From Lachnospiraceae bacterium (lineage in GTDB: Bacteria; Bacillota; Clostridia; Lachnospirales; Lachnospiraceae), in the NCBI GenBank assembly GCA_024691565.1, contig JAILNN010000174.1:1-59472 (forward strand): 59,472 nt of DNA, read 5' to 3'. Numbering within the stretch: the first letter of the stretch is position 1; every line of letters starts with the position of its first letter. The notes beneath the pieces were generated by a model that was given only the letters and a program-made list of their open reading frames with translations, ran no database searches and was not told the origin of the DNA. Both the position numbers and the translations under genes were made by a program. Shown here one piece after another: positions 58,405 to 59,472 of this stretch.

Positions 58405-59013
58405 ATGGAACGCCCGGAATTTAACAAAATAAAAGACTATGACGAGTTTTGCAAATATTATTGGTATCGCGAAGAACTGATCAAAATATGTAAAGATCTC
58501 GGACTTAAGGCTGGTGGAAGCAAAATAGAGTTGAACGATGTCATCAGAGCATATTTCTCCGGCGATATGATCTTGCCGGAAAAAAGAAAAATAAATCGTT
58601 CGAAAGCCACGATAAAGGAATTGACTCTTGGTACAGGGCTTATAGAGTGTGGATTCACATTTGGTAACAGATTCCGGGAATTCTTTGCGGAGCAGACCGG
58701 AGTAAAACCGTTTAAATTCAATGTTGATATGGTTGCATCTGCTAAGGCCGTAAAAGAAACCGGCGATGAGTCTTTTACGCTGGGAGATCTTCTGGATATC
58801 TACTATGGTAAAAAGACATATGCAAAATATGATAAATCAGCACTTCAATGGAATAAGTTTGTAAAAGATTTCTGCGCAGATGATGCAACGAAGATATATG
58901 ATGAAAGACTGAAAGCAGCCGCTTCTCTTTGGAAGATTGTAAGAGATTCGGATATGAAGAAGGAATATTCACATGAACTGTTTGAAAAATATAGGGATAA
59001 TATCACGGTTTAA
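58405..59013 (+). CDS. SAP-like (DUF6434-type) domain protein
   Basis: The ATG at 58405 is in frame with the track ORF at 58315. The N-terminus EFCKYYWYREELIKICKDLGLKAGGSKIELNDVIRAYF has a SAP-like helix-extended-helix. Confidence 0.55.
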   Translation: MERPEFNKIKDYDEFCKYYWYREELIKICKDLGLKAGGSKIELNDVIRAYFSGDMILPEKRKINRSKATIKELTLGTGLIECGFTFGNRFREFFAEQTGVKPFKFNVDMVASAKAVKETGDESFTLGDLLDIYYGKKTYAKYDKSALQWNKFVKDFCADDATKIYDERLKAAASLWKIVRDSDMKKEYSHELFEKYRDNITV

Positions 59014-59034
59014 TTGAAGTATAGGGAGTGCTAA

Positions 59035-59436
59035 ATGATGACAGATCTTAATGAAGTATATAAAAGTATACTGGAAGCTGACAAGGCCGCAATAGTTATA
59101 TGCGATATTGAACACAAAATCATCTATATGAATCCTGCAGCGATAAATCGATACGAGAAGTGGGGCGGTAAGAACCTTATGGGACAAAGTCTTCTCAACT
59201 GCCACAACGATAAATCACGTGAAATGATTATAAAGGTGTTGGAATGGTTCAAGGCGTCCAAGAATAACAATATTGTATATACGTCATACAATGAGAAGGA
59301 AAATAAGGATGTATATATGGTTGCACTAAGAAACGGAGCCGGAGAATTAATCGCATACTATGAGAAACATGAGTATCGTAATCGGGAAACAATGAAGATG
59401 TATAACATGGAAAACCAGTCCGATTTAGAAATGTGA
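59035..59436 (+). CDS. Stand-alone PAS-domain protein
   Basis: ILEADKAAIVICDIEHKIIYMNPAAINRYEKWGGKNLMGQSLLNCH... is a PAS-fold pattern. 133 aa. AGGGAG RBS. Confidence 0.6.
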   Translation: MMTDLNEVYKSILEADKAAIVICDIEHKIIYMNPAAINRYEKWGGKNLMGQSLLNCHNDKSREMIIKVLEWFKASKNNNIVYTSYNEKENKDVYMVALRNGAGELIAYYEKHEYRNRETMKMYNMENQSDLEM

Positions 59437-59472
59437 TAAATACAGGCTTGAGAGCGTGGACTTGTTCCCTAA

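Larger units (their letters stand above)
56269..59472. other. Compositionally distinct (visibly GC-richer, different codon preference) accessory island abutting rumA. It runs to the window edge
   Basis: By eye, CTG/CGC/GGC/CCG codons and overall G+C rise sharply after the rumA 3' end. The genes are accessory types (Fic, GNAT, DUF3781, SAP-like, PAS). No integrase is seen within the window. Confidence 0.55.

Noticed and set aside
56269-59472. Calling the island a defined mobile element (ICE, IME or transposon)
   Set aside because: No integrase, transposase, relaxase or terminal inverted repeats are visible in the window. Only compositional evidence and the rumA-end duplication support mobility, so it is reported as a finding rather than a mobile_element feature.

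Overview
This is a 59.5 kb low-GC Firmicutes (Clostridia or Lachnospiraceae-like) chromosomal segment. All CDSs called here except pfkA are on the + strand.

Core housekeeping content:
- ribD (5' end cut by the window)-ribE-ribBA-ribH, then purC
- addB-addA, queH and an aldo/keto reductase
- a GH13 glycosidase and a stand-alone tRNA-Trp
- nth, a VanW protein, an AsnC-type regulator with an aminotransferase, trmL and pfkA (the only minus-strand gene)
- an OmpR/HK two-component pair
- cheW-like, hisH, a membrane protein, hisF, ung, yhaM and rumA

Four regions are not ordinary:
1. **14.7-27.2 kb, composite transport locus.** An oversized lipoprotein solute-binding protein and two CUT1-type permeases lack an ATPase. 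They are tightly coupled to a membrane-fusion protein with a very long coiled coil and to an orphan MacB-periplasmic-domain protein. Two tandem MacB-like ATPase-permease fusions follow.
2. **29.0-35.3 kb, giant secreted protein.** It is 2099 aa, has about 11 Ig-like W...DxGxYxC repeats and a lysine-rich tail, and no sortase motif.
3. **42.8-47.8 kb, expanded PadR/DUF1700/DUF4097 triad.** The PadR regulator is fused to about 800 aa of low-complexity sequence with a recurring LADLLK...KRRGFF motif and an ER/K helix. Direct-repeat candidate operators lie upstream. Downstream is a pho-box-like promoter driving a roughly 90-nt terminated RNA just ahead of the two-component system.
4. **From about 56.2 kb, compositional island.** A visibly GC-richer island (Fic, GNAT, DUF3781, SAP-like, PAS) abuts rumA. 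A second rumA 3'-terminal fragment lies 1.85 kb downstream, suggesting site-specific integration into the rumA 3' end.

No CRISPR array, rRNA, transposase or integrase is visible.
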